The notes under the pieces are model-generated. The model did not search any database. It was not told where the DNA came from and was given only the letters and a program-made list of their open reading frames with translations. DNA of 63,364 bases from a virus. Its lineage: Duplodnaviria; Caudoviricetes. The stretch spans positions 1 through 63,364 of IMG/VR virus record IMGVR_UViG_3300034141_000032; one strand, 5' to 3'. The translations under genes and the position numbers were made by a program. Below, piece by piece: positions 49,401 through 56,547 of the stretch (position 1 is its first letter; every line of letters begins with the position of its first letter).

Positions 49401-52400
49401 CCAGTTGAGCCGGCACCCCTAGCGACTTTGAGCGCAGTGCGCGAAGCGTGGGACAGCGCTGGCATCAAGAACAGCATCAGCGAGCGCAATGGCATCATCA
49501 GCCTGTCCCTGATCGTGGTGCCGATGGATGCCCGCAATCAAGGCATCGGCAAGAACGCCATGCGGCAACTGATCGAGCATGCTGACAAGTACCGCAAGAA
49601 AATTGTTCTGACACCATCGGACGACTTTGGTGGCAACAAGTCGCGCCTTATCAAATTCTATAAAGGTTTCGGATTTACCGAAAACAAAGGGAAAAACAAG
49701 GATTACGAAGTCAGCGAAAGCATGTACCGCATGCCCAACGTTGGCAAGAAGATGATGTTTTCTGTGACGGACGACAGCGCGACCACCGCGATTGCTGGCC
49801 TGATGTCCGCCAAGGAAGGCGAAGCCGTCATAAACCGCCCTGACGTGGGAGACATCACCGTCATGTACGGCGAAGACGGCAAGTCCGGCCTGTCGCACAT
49901 CGCCAAGCGACGCGGTACCGAGTTCATTGACCGGCTGCCGGCCCTGCTGCGCGACGGCAAGGTGTACGAGAAGGAAGGGCAAAAGGGTCGCATCTTCATC
50001 GGCAACGACCGCGACGAGGCCGTGATCCGCCTGGACCGCGACGGCAAAACCCAGAACTGGCTGCTGTCGGCCTACGAGAAGTACCCTGACCTGCAGGACG
50101 CCGTGCCGCGCCAGTCGCAGGCCGCCGCGCGCGCCGCTTCGCCGCTGAACAAGGCATCGCTGCGCAAAGCTGTCACGAGCAAGGGCGTGCTGGGCCATGT
50201 CATCGCGTCGATGATCGATTCCAACGTGGTCGTGCTGCACGACGGCCCGGGCAGTCTGCCCAAGGGCGCCGGCAAGAACATCAAGGGCGTGCAGGCGCTG
50301 ACCATGCCCGACGGCAGCATCCACCTGATCGCCAGCAATCTGACCGACCAGAACGCGCAGGCGGTGATGCTGCACGAGGCATTCCACCAGGGCGCCGAGA
50401 AGCTGATCGGCACGGCCGAGTGGGGCAAGCTGATGGGCCGCATGGGCTCGCTGTACCGTCAGGGCGAGCAGTCCACCGGCAAGGCCCGGGAGTTCTTCGA
50501 CAAGGCGCGTGCGCGCGTGGCTGCGGCCAAGGGCAAGGGCGCGATCGCCACCAGGATGGAAGTGGAGGAGTTCGCCGCCTACGCGATCGAGGAGTACGAA
50601 AGCGCGCCGCTGACCGTGCGCAAGTGGGTCGACGACCTGATCGGTCTGGTCAAGGCATGGCTGGTGGCGCGCTTCGGCAAGCAACTCGGCCCGGTAACGC
50701 CAGCGCAACTGTCTGCGTTCGCCAAGGTCGCCATCATGGATGCGGCATACCGCAGGCGAGGGGATATCTTCGGGCCAATTGGCGAGGTGTTCAGCGTAGG
50801 AGAGGAGCGCACCATCGAGGTCGACGGCGTGCGCCGGCCGATCACGAACAGCAAGGGGCAGCAGATCGCGCCTGAGTTCGCCCAGCAGCAAGCATTTTGG
50901 AACTGGTTCGGCGGCAGCGCCGTGACCGATGCCGACGGCAAGCCGCTGGTGGTTTATCACGGCACAGGCGCTGACATCGACACTTTCAAGGTGTCGGATA
51001 CTGGCACCTATGGTGGTGGCATCTATCTGACGCCCGACCTGAACGGGGCAAACGATTACGCCATGTATCGCGGCGCTCCTAGCTCCACGGTCTACCCTCT
51101 GTATGTCAGCATCAAGAACCCGGCCACCGGCTCCGAGGCAGCGCAGGTAGCTTCCTGGAAGGGGGAGGAAAACGCGCGCGCCGAGTTGATCAAGCGCGGC
51201 TACGATGGCGTGGTTGACATGCTCAGCGGGGAGATAGTCGCCTTCAATCCAGAGCAGATCAAGAGCGCCACCGGTAATGAAGGTACTTTCAATCCTGACA
51301 GCGCCGACATCCGCTACTCGGTCGCTGCCGATGTCGGCGCCACCGTCGACACCCCTGCCGAACCGGCCGGCCTGACGCCGCCCGAGCAGGGGCTGTTGCG
51401 CCGCGTGCAGTCGCAGATCCAGGACAACATGAACCGGCTCAAGCAGGTGCAAGAGCGGATCTTGGAACTGACCGGGCTCGAATCGCTGGGCAAGTCTGAC
51501 TATTACGGCGCCGAGACGAACCGGCCGGGCCGGATTGCCGCGCGCATGGAGGATGGGCAAAACTACCTGTTCGGCCCGCTAATGGAGCGCTTGGCGAAAG
51601 CCGGTCACACCATGGACCAGTTGGGCGAACTGCTGCACGCCCAGCACGCCAAGGAGCGCAACGAGCGCGTGGCCAGCATCAACCCGGCTATGCCTGACGG
51701 CGGCTCGGGCATGACGACCGCCCAGGCTGGCGAGATCCTGAAGAAATACGAGGGCGACGGCTTCAAGTCACTGCACCGGCTGGCCGAAGCGGCGCGCAAC
51801 ATCGCGCGCGCCACGCTGGACCTGAAGCTGGCCTATGGCCTGATCAAGTCCGAGGACCACGAAGCCCTGACCGAGATGTACGAAGCCTATGTCCCGCTCA
51901 AGGGTGACGGCGAGTACGGGCCCAAAATCAAGCGCGCCATGGGCCACGAAGAACGCGACGAGATGATCCTGGACAACATCTCGCGCGACTACAACCAGGC
52001 TGTTACGGTGGGCGAGAAGAACCTGGCCCGCCAGTCGCTGCTGCGCATGGTGCTGCAGTTCCCGCACAGCAAGCTGTGGACCGTGGGCGTGCCGCCGAAA
52101 GGGCGCTACGTGGCCGGCAAGGTCTACAACATCGTGCACCGCGGCGCGACCGTGGGCTCGTTCACATCGCGCTCGCAGGTCGATGCGTTCCTGGAAGCGA
52201 AGGGCGCGCAGGCCGGCCAGTACGAAGTGCTCGACTCGAACGGCGACCGCGTGGCCGAGTTCGTCAAGCCGCTGCAGGACAACGAGGTCATGGTCTACCT
52301 GAAGGGCGACCCGATCCGCATCCAGATCTTTGACGAGAAGCTGGCCGCCCAGCTCCGGCCGCTCAAGGGCGACCAGTTGCACCCGATCCTGGGCTTCATG

Positions 52401-54080
52401 CGCTCGGTCAACCAGTACCTTTCGAAGATCTACACCGGCTACAACCCGGCCTTCATCCTGCGCAACGCCGCGCGCGACCTGATGACCGGCAGCATTAACA
52501 TGATGGGCAACCAGGGCACGCTCACGGCCGCCAAGGCTTGGGGCAACTACCCGAAAGCCTGGGCGACCATGCTGAAGTGGGCCGCCACCAAGAAGATCCC
52601 GGACGGGCAGGCGGGCAACTACCTGAACGAATACCGCCAGCACGGCGGCAAGGTGGGCGCCTCGTGGTTGAGCGACATCGAGCAGCAGGGCAAGACGCTC
52701 GAGCGCATGTATGACGATGCCTATGGCGTTCGTGGCTACGTGAAGGACGGCCGTGTCGGCAAGGCGACCTGGATTGCCTCGCGCAAGATGGTCGGCGGCA
52801 TGGCGCATGTCGTCGAAGTGCTGAACCAGGCATTCGAGAACGCGCTGCGCCTGTCGCTGTTCATGGCACTGCGCCAGGACGGGCAATCGCCGGCGCTCGC
52901 TGCGCAGGCGGCCAAGGGCGTGACCGTGGACTTCGACCGCAAGGGCACCAGCACACCGGCGCTGGGCGCGATCTACCTGTTCTTCAACCCGGCAGTGCAG
53001 GGCACGGCCAACGGCATCAAGACGATCGTCAAGGGCAAGCACAAGGAGCAAGCTTGGGCAGCGCTGGGCGGGCTGGCGGCGCTGGGCTACCTGGCTGCGG
53101 CCATGGGCATGGACGATGACGAAGACCGCTGGCTTGGCGAAAGCTGGGAGGTCCGCGCCAAAAACTTTATGCTGACCGTGGGCGGGCACCAGATCCGCGT
53201 GCCGCTGTCGCAGGAATTCGCCCCGATCTACGCTTTCGGCGCATCCATGGCGGAAGCCTCGCGCGGGCAGAGCAAGCCGCTCGCCGCGGCGCATGTGGTC
53301 TCGTCCTTCATCGATGCCTACTTCCCGCTGCACGGCGCCGTGCGCGTGGAGAGCGACAATCACGCGCTGGACCTGGGCATGGCTACCGTGCCGACCGCGA
53401 TCAAGCCGTTCATGGAGAGCGCGGTCAACCGCAACACCTTCGGCAGCCAGATCGTGCCCGAGAGCGTCAACACCAAGGACCGGCCGGACAATCTGAAGAT
53501 GACGCGCGCGGTGAAGAATGGCGCCTATGACCGGGCAGCGCAGGGCATCGCGTCTGCTGGCGAGATGATGGGTGCAGGCACCTACGAGAACGACATCACG
53601 AAGGTGAGCCCGGAGACCCTGAAACACTACTGGCGCACCTACACCGGCGGCCTGGGTCAGTTCGTCGGCGACGTGGCCGGGCTGGGCATCATGCTGGCCG
53701 ACGACCCGACTCAGGCCAATTCCAGTGACGTGCCATTCGTGAAAGATTTCTACAAGACCAACGACGTCAAGCCGATCCGGGGCCGGTTCTACGACCTGTC
53801 GCGCGATGCCAAGGCGGCCATCACCGAGTTCGAGCAGGCCAAGAAGGCCGGCAACAACGACGCAATGGATGCGATCTTGAACGATGAGGCAAAGTCAGAC
53901 CTGGTGAGCCTGGGCCGCATGGTGCGCAACACCACGAAGGCGGCAACGGCCGTGCGCGACGAGGAAGTCGACATCAATGGTCGGAAAGACCTGTCGCCGG
54001 CCGAGAAGCGTGCCGCATTGAAGGCGCTCGAGCAGGACGAGGAAGCGTTGTACCGCTCGGGGATCGAGGCGTTCAAGTAA
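43410..54080 (+). CDS. Giant polyvalent virion protein (3556 aa): SLT, iPPase-like, LPD5/LPD1-like, GNAT, BECR-like, zincin, ART-PolyVal-like, LPD38-like
   Basis: HQES..AKGMMQ (SLT); GNYKKG..HYGY..GAD.EQVDVY..DEHK (iPPase-like); IADFGQKLEGARKD; FRGVQFGN..LAHEWFH; RNQGIGK..FYKGFGF; GLSHI; MLHEAFH..EE; PLVVYHGT..GIYLT..GYDGV..EIVAF.PEQIKSA. Confidence 0.9.
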   Translation: MATTPKLFQSPFDVMTSEEEDKGLLPGQQATKPVESPEIKANTAPSEAAPAPAPEPVRASRRPAKTERYLPPSDLRPMFDTAAQKYDVPVNVIMALAHQESRYNSKAIGQETEWGRAKGMMQNLDATAKGLGINPFDPEQAIDAASKQIRERLDKGYSMIDAVREHFAGPDRKKWGKKTEAYGNEVMEKVGKIGAMLFGADDPDGQARAPAAAAPDLQQELDAEEPGRYRVMSEDDVAKYEQSQVVLPGLGAPPAASGINPKERTWGEALGDTGVQLAEGVNTILGAVPSLVAPESKAAAFFDDNAKAWRDKQSTDLKARSAKASAAIDKAGEDGVMAQISEAASQYFSDPGLAARFVVTNLPSMIPGIGAAKLAQAAALARGAAAAKAAAVATTAAGGVNAVLNGGGARGEAFNDIKRTLIAQGKSEAEAEEAAIKDSRVVAAVGAVTGFVSGKTGLEGALAGSAARNVGKAAAVRAGAAGALTELAGEQLEEVAPKLTANYQASEYDGRSLGKDVGRTVVETGIASGPGAAIAGGAAGINAAARLTPEQEVAAEINRQVDEVNFVGQDAAVRAAMDPNNESVDPASTRKPAPEAPPSAPAPAPSQAAGPLSRAAENTAAQADQPTRVTITTPDGEVAGAGALQAFQENEVGGFNAQIVGDDGQVYNLSDQDGVQITPEAKADAGPLSRSVTVAADQHAAAPAMPNQNALAEIEATKPKPPPAPPGPPNYSDMDLPALRERLKYIAQQAKASGGMNKMFLDHRKAVEKAINAKVSEAKEASKLSEEPLTSGPFDDRAAANKMALRTAEKTGVPQEVVEAKGKFNLKPMQEAGDAVPPTAEGRDLPAPAMPNDQQPVAAIPADEPGAGSAVPVLDAGAKPNALKKPRKQKDKTNDGTATPVSGMGNERSDGAAPAAQDGQDQQGGRAGDRDPVAGAQADTGSADPAAGPGVPDAGATNDGKPALKVKDAHAGKWFSTEEKARAYLTKSKAGTTHRVEQTGRVRFEVKPKDGKTGADKMAEAKVRIERQESEVAKAQANIDARKAAKAAPASEIDAAANEAATSPTNDLPEPTQAQAEAGNYKKGKISVHGLDISVENPRGSTRSGTDPDGKAWSHTMSDHYGYIKRTTGADNEQVDVYVGPKPESDKVYVVDQIDQPTGKFDEHKIMMGYASRQAAVSAYKSNFDKGWKVGPVKGMSVDEFKAWLKEGDTTKPAAETAPANEKVPDVAPIEQQASAGGDPVATAGGSRPAPVAKPKKLTGKASAAERARQLADYFAPGNIVKGYGGHDRIISFAQDDQGGITVEAQHVIKKDGEWIVAPGTDGRVRKHATMPGPGEFKAGPVMRAQKEAPAEQVAAPIADFGQKLEGARKDLWAGFKISMREALPENVKDITLAKHFPEPNYEALLAEGVDVKILAAMKAMRDEIPAKPRVPYKAKRWGEQVSALRDFANDLLDGKLTADALLAKMRQFNQGSLRKFADRIEMYADLGYPLFTKAKGYSIEKNHYNMFRGETPPGGITKFELSADGRSSYFDNRDDAVAALREKLGAATATGPKTVKLDLYRTTGSRDIIIGKKVGAGKYIDLKGGFTDVRSARTYLAENQVELEKLLEQKKDVRPERRSVNDPRVGVDRRKGEDVTPEKFGTTFGFRGVQFGNYVEQKRRAVDLNNAYDALLDLADLLGLPPQALSLNGTLGLAFGARGAGGKNAAAAHFEPDNIVINLTKTNGAGSLAHEWFHGFDNYFERMRGAKGAGHVTDRPEVRKIADADRKLVDDDSVRPEVLAAVKGVMDAIRASGMPKRSRDLDARRSKDYWSTTHELAARAFESYIIDKAAEQGLANDYMANIVSEEAHNVLDEMAGSAEPFPYPTRAEAPAINAAFDKLFEVVETRDEGGRPVMYSVSGASDLSGPAERRLVKALEEAEFWLKVNGKTADLSQFEPNVAVSMLDEMMGFGTENFSDKAKEQGRAIWDRVSAAQKQMYRVGRMANGIGAELLPAPITPVEPAPLATLSAVREAWDSAGIKNSISERNGIISLSLIVVPMDARNQGIGKNAMRQLIEHADKYRKKIVLTPSDDFGGNKSRLIKFYKGFGFTENKGKNKDYEVSESMYRMPNVGKKMMFSVTDDSATTAIAGLMSAKEGEAVINRPDVGDITVMYGEDGKSGLSHIAKRRGTEFIDRLPALLRDGKVYEKEGQKGRIFIGNDRDEAVIRLDRDGKTQNWLLSAYEKYPDLQDAVPRQSQAAARAASPLNKASLRKAVTSKGVLGHVIASMIDSNVVVLHDGPGSLPKGAGKNIKGVQALTMPDGSIHLIASNLTDQNAQAVMLHEAFHQGAEKLIGTAEWGKLMGRMGSLYRQGEQSTGKAREFFDKARARVAAAKGKGAIATRMEVEEFAAYAIEEYESAPLTVRKWVDDLIGLVKAWLVARFGKQLGPVTPAQLSAFAKVAIMDAAYRRRGDIFGPIGEVFSVGEERTIEVDGVRRPITNSKGQQIAPEFAQQQAFWNWFGGSAVTDADGKPLVVYHGTGADIDTFKVSDTGTYGGGIYLTPDLNGANDYAMYRGAPSSTVYPLYVSIKNPATGSEAAQVASWKGEENARAELIKRGYDGVVDMLSGEIVAFNPEQIKSATGNEGTFNPDSADIRYSVAADVGATVDTPAEPAGLTPPEQGLLRRVQSQIQDNMNRLKQVQERILELTGLESLGKSDYYGAETNRPGRIAARMEDGQNYLFGPLMERLAKAGHTMDQLGELLHAQHAKERNERVASINPAMPDGGSGMTTAQAGEILKKYEGDGFKSLHRLAEAARNIARATLDLKLAYGLIKSEDHEALTEMYEAYVPLKGDGEYGPKIKRAMGHEERDEMILDNISRDYNQAVTVGEKNLARQSLLRMVLQFPHSKLWTVGVPPKGRYVAGKVYNIVHRGATVGSFTSRSQVDAFLEAKGAQAGQYEVLDSNGDRVAEFVKPLQDNEVMVYLKGDPIRIQIFDEKLAAQLRPLKGDQLHPILGFMRSVNQYLSKIYTGYNPAFILRNAARDLMTGSINMMGNQGTLTAAKAWGNYPKAWATMLKWAATKKIPDGQAGNYLNEYRQHGGKVGASWLSDIEQQGKTLERMYDDAYGVRGYVKDGRVGKATWIASRKMVGGMAHVVEVLNQAFENALRLSLFMALRQDGQSPALAAQAAKGVTVDFDRKGTSTPALGAIYLFFNPAVQGTANGIKTIVKGKHKEQAWAALGGLAALGYLAAAMGMDDDEDRWLGESWEVRAKNFMLTVGGHQIRVPLSQEFAPIYAFGASMAEASRGQSKPLAAAHVVSSFIDAYFPLHGAVRVESDNHALDLGMATVPTAIKPFMESAVNRNTFGSQIVPESVNTKDRPDNLKMTRAVKNGAYDRAAQGIASAGEMMGAGTYENDITKVSPETLKHYWRTYTGGLGQFVGDVAGLGIMLADDPTQANSSDVPFVKDFYKTNDVKPIRGRFYDLSRDAKAAITEFEQAKKAGNNDAMDAILNDEAKSDLVSLGRMVRNTTKAATAVRDEEVDINGRKDLSPAEKRAALKALEQDEEALYRSGIEAFK
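45910..46059 (+). CDS. Putative overprinted small protein (49 aa) nested in the giant gene
   Basis: AGGAGG 6 nt before ATG; host frame has T/A-rich third positions; C-terminus resembles that of the 46090 ORF. Confidence 0.5.
   Translation: MQYHQLPKGAIYQPLQCRMINSQSPLSPLMNPVLGALYLFWMPVPNRTH
46090..46302 (+). CDS. Putative overprinted small protein (70 aa) nested in the giant gene
   Basis: AAGGA upstream; protein-like helical sequence using CTG/ATC/CGC codons while host-frame GC3 collapses. Confidence 0.6.
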   Translation: MTGRLPLFLEWEMSARTALRRLRKMGRISKEDAQAIEILSLARKPIPDRLIPLLDLVFLMQVRPMTESLH

Positions 54081-54193
54081 CGGAACATCGGTGGAAAATG
54101 CGGGTAGGAAAATTCCTAACAGCAAAATACTGGTATGATTTCCGAACCGGAACAGATAAAATCGGTCCATCAAAAACAATGATGGGCCGCTGG

Positions 54194-54547
54194 ATGAACG
54201 AGGAGATCAAACAGGTAACAGACTTGGCCCAAAACCCCGGCTCAGTCTCATGGTTCGCCTATTCGTGGATAGTAATTTTAGCCATTTTGGGAGGTGTCGT
54301 GAGAGTAGTTCGAGAAGTGGAACTAGGGGGTAAGTCGTGGCGGCAGATCTGCTTCATCTTTTTTGCGGAGCTGCTGACGTCGTTATTTGTTGGTCTGATC
54401 ACATTCTTCATCTGCCGTTCGGCGGACTTCAACGACATCAAGACGGCCGCCATGGTCAGCATCGCAAGCTACATGGGCAGCCGGGCGCTGACGGTAGCGG
54501 AAGCTGCCTACAAGGCGATCATCAAGTCACTGGCGAAGGGCGGGTAA
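54194..54547 (+). CDS. Holin
   Basis: 2-3 TM segments, ILAILGGVV...SYMGSRAL, basic C-terminus; directly before the endolysin. Confidence 0.8.
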   Translation: MNEEIKQVTDLAQNPGSVSWFAYSWIVILAILGGVVRVVREVELGGKSWRQICFIFFAELLTSLFVGLITFFICRSADFNDIKTAAMVSIASYMGSRALTVAEAAYKAIIKSLAKGG

Positions 54548-54550
54548 GCG

Positions 54551-55171
54551 ATGAACCTGGATCAGATCAAGCGCATTATGCCAAACACCACGCGCGGCGC
54601 GGTATTCCTCAACCCGCTGCTGCGCGCGATGGAAGAATTCGGCATTGTCGGCACCGAGCAGCAAGCGCGGTTCCTGGGCAACATCGGCGCCGAGACGGGC
54701 AACCTGTCGGTGTTCGACGAAAACCTGAACTACAGCGCCGAGCGCTTGACGCAGGTTTGGCCCAAGCGTTTCCCGACGATCGCATCCACACAAGGCTATG
54801 CCCGCAACCCGGTGGCGCTGGCCTGCAAGGTCTACGCGAACCGAATGGGCAACGGTGACGAGAAAAGCGGCGACGGCTGGCGCTACCGCGGCGCCGGCAT
54901 GCTCCAACTGACCGGCAAAGAAAATCACGCGGCCTGCGCCAAGCACTTCGGCCTTCCGATCGAGCAGGTGGGCGACTGGCTGCGCACGCCGGAAGGCGCC
55001 GCCCGCTCGGCCGCCTGGTTCTATACCTCGCGCGGGCTGCATAAGGTCGACACGTTCGACCACGTTTGCGACCGCATCAACATCGGCCGCGAGACGGATC
55101 GGATTGGCGACGCGCACGGCTTCGCGCACCGCAAGGCCATCTACGATGTCGCCCGCAAGGAACTGGCGTGA
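54551..55171 (+). CDS. Endolysin, glycoside hydrolase family 19
   Basis: ARFLGNIGAETG...ENLNYSA...YANRMGNG..GDGWRYRGAGMLQLTGK.N. Confidence 0.92.
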   Translation: MNLDQIKRIMPNTTRGAVFLNPLLRAMEEFGIVGTEQQARFLGNIGAETGNLSVFDENLNYSAERLTQVWPKRFPTIASTQGYARNPVALACKVYANRMGNGDEKSGDGWRYRGAGMLQLTGKENHAACAKHFGLPIEQVGDWLRTPEGAARSAAWFYTSRGLHKVDTFDHVCDRINIGRETDRIGDAHGFAHRKAIYDVARKELA

Positions 55172-55515
55172 ACGTCCAGACGATGCACCTGATCCTGGCC
55201 GCCGGCGCGGTGGCCATCCTGGTCACGTTCTGGATCGCGCACCGCGCGCGCAACACGTTCAACCTGCTGGACCTGCTGATGAAGGACGGCCGCGTTTGCC
55301 GGGTCGCCGTGGCGTTCATGCTGGTGCTGGCTGTCTCCACCTGGGTCATCATCGACCTGCAGATCAACGGCAAGCTGACCGAAGGCTATTTCACCATCTA
55401 CACCGGCGCCTGGATCATTCCGCTGGTCGCCCGGCTGGTGTCGAACAAGGACGCCAGCACGTCGCTGACGATGACGACCGTCACGCAAGAAACTACTGAA
55501 AAGGCCACGCCATGA
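55168..55515 (+). CDS. Membrane protein in lysis cassette (holin/antiholin-like)
   Basis: Three hydrophobic segments; GTGA overlap. Confidence 0.65.
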   Translation: MNVQTMHLILAAGAVAILVTFWIAHRARNTFNLLDLLMKDGRVCRVAVAFMLVLAVSTWVIIDLQINGKLTEGYFTIYTGAWIIPLVARLVSNKDASTSLTMTTVTQETTEKATP

Positions 55516-56033
55516 TCGCCGGACTGTTGAAAGCATTCTGGAAGCCACTCGTCGGCATCCTTATCGTGGTGGCGCTGTACTTCGCATGGCAATCGCACGA
55601 GGCCACCGTCTACCAGCGCGGCTATGACGCGGCAGTCTCTGAGCGCAAGCAACAGGACGACGAGCGCCTGGCGCTCAAGACCGCCCAGGCTTTCGCCGAA
55701 ACCAACGCCCTGCGCGAGCGTATGGACGCCGATTCGACCGCACGACTTATTGAGAGGAAGACGTATGAAACTACTATTGATGGTCTTCGGGCTGATGCTC
55801 GCCGCGGCAACAGCGGGATGCGCGCACCAGGCACCTGCGTACCTCGAAACACCACGCCCGCAGATTCCACCACTGCCAGCGGACCTGTCGATCAAGAAGG
55901 ATTCGAGCTCCTGCCGGAAACTGCTGAAAGCGTTCTCGACGCCGCCAGCGAACTCCGAAACAGTGTGCAAGATCGCAACAAGCTGATCGACCTGTACAAC
56001 CAGATGCGCGCCACCTGCAACGCATCGCCGTAA
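55512..56033 (+). CDS. i-spanin (Rz-like)
   Basis: N-terminal TM followed by a periplasmic coiled coil. Confidence 0.85.
   Translation: MIAGLLKAFWKPLVGILIVVALYFAWQSHEATVYQRGYDAAVSERKQQDDERLALKTAQAFAETNALRERMDADSTARLIERKTYETTIDGLRADARRGNSGMRAPGTCVPRNTTPADSTTASGPVDQEGFELLPETAESVLDAASELRNSVQDRNKLIDLYNQMRATCNASP
55765..55986 (+). CDS. o-spanin (Rz1-like lipoprotein) embedded in the i-spanin
   Basis: GAGG RBS; signal MKLLLMVFGLMLAAATAG-C lipobox; Pro-rich mature part; +1 frame. Confidence 0.85.
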   Translation: MKLLLMVFGLMLAAATAGCAHQAPAYLETPRPQIPPLPADLSIKKDSSSCRKLLKAFSTPPANSETVCKIATS

Positions 56034-56066
56034 CCGTGTCTCCCCGGCCGCGTCACCGCGGCCTTT

Positions 56067-56096
56067 GCCCCTGCCTTTACTGGTAGGGGCTTTTTT
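56067..56096 (+). terminator. Rho-independent terminator of the late operon
   Basis: GCCCCTGCC-N6-GGTAGGGGC-TTTTTT. Confidence 0.85.
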
Positions 56097-56316
56097 GCAG
56101 TACCGAATAGTTCGGGGTAAGACCGCACGCTGGTGACTCGGATAAGCCCAGCAGGCGCGCACGAATTGGAAGCTGGGGGCTTTTACCTGTCTTCGGACAG
56201 GGTTTTCCCCGGCGCGGGGCGCGTCAGTACCGATTGATCGTTAAGCGCGTTTCCCGACAGATAGTCGCCGGAACTTGGGCTATGCTACAGCCATTATCCA
56301 ACGAGTGAGGCGCACC

Positions 56317-56490
56317 ATGCACACTGAACTGCAACTTCCTGATAAGCGACCAACCTGGCGCGGCTTCCTGGTGCTGGGCATTGCCGGATCCGTCACCTAT
56401 GCCGCCGTTGCGCTGGTCGGTGAGATCGCCATCGGCGCGGCCGCTGGCCTGACCGCTGGATACTTGTTCGCCCGAGTGACGAAATGGTAA
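56317..56490 (+). CDS. Small membrane protein (57 aa)
   Basis: GAGG RBS, TATGCT -10-like box at 56281, two hydrophobic segments. Confidence 0.6.
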   Translation: MHTELQLPDKRPTWRGFLVLGIAGSVTYAAVALVGEIAIGAAAGLTAGYLFARVTKW

Positions 56491-56547
56491 TCTGCTAGAA
56501 TCCGATAGCAAAAATCAATCACGTCAGCGCATGACAGGCGCATAATA

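Noticed and set aside
19813-53627. Long minus-strand ORFs (e.g. 19813-21225, 22121-23701, 27499-28803, 35023-36699, 39195-40862, 46299-48539, 49419-51560, 51768-53627)
   Set aside because: Antisense shadows of high-GC3 genes; no recognisable motifs or RBS
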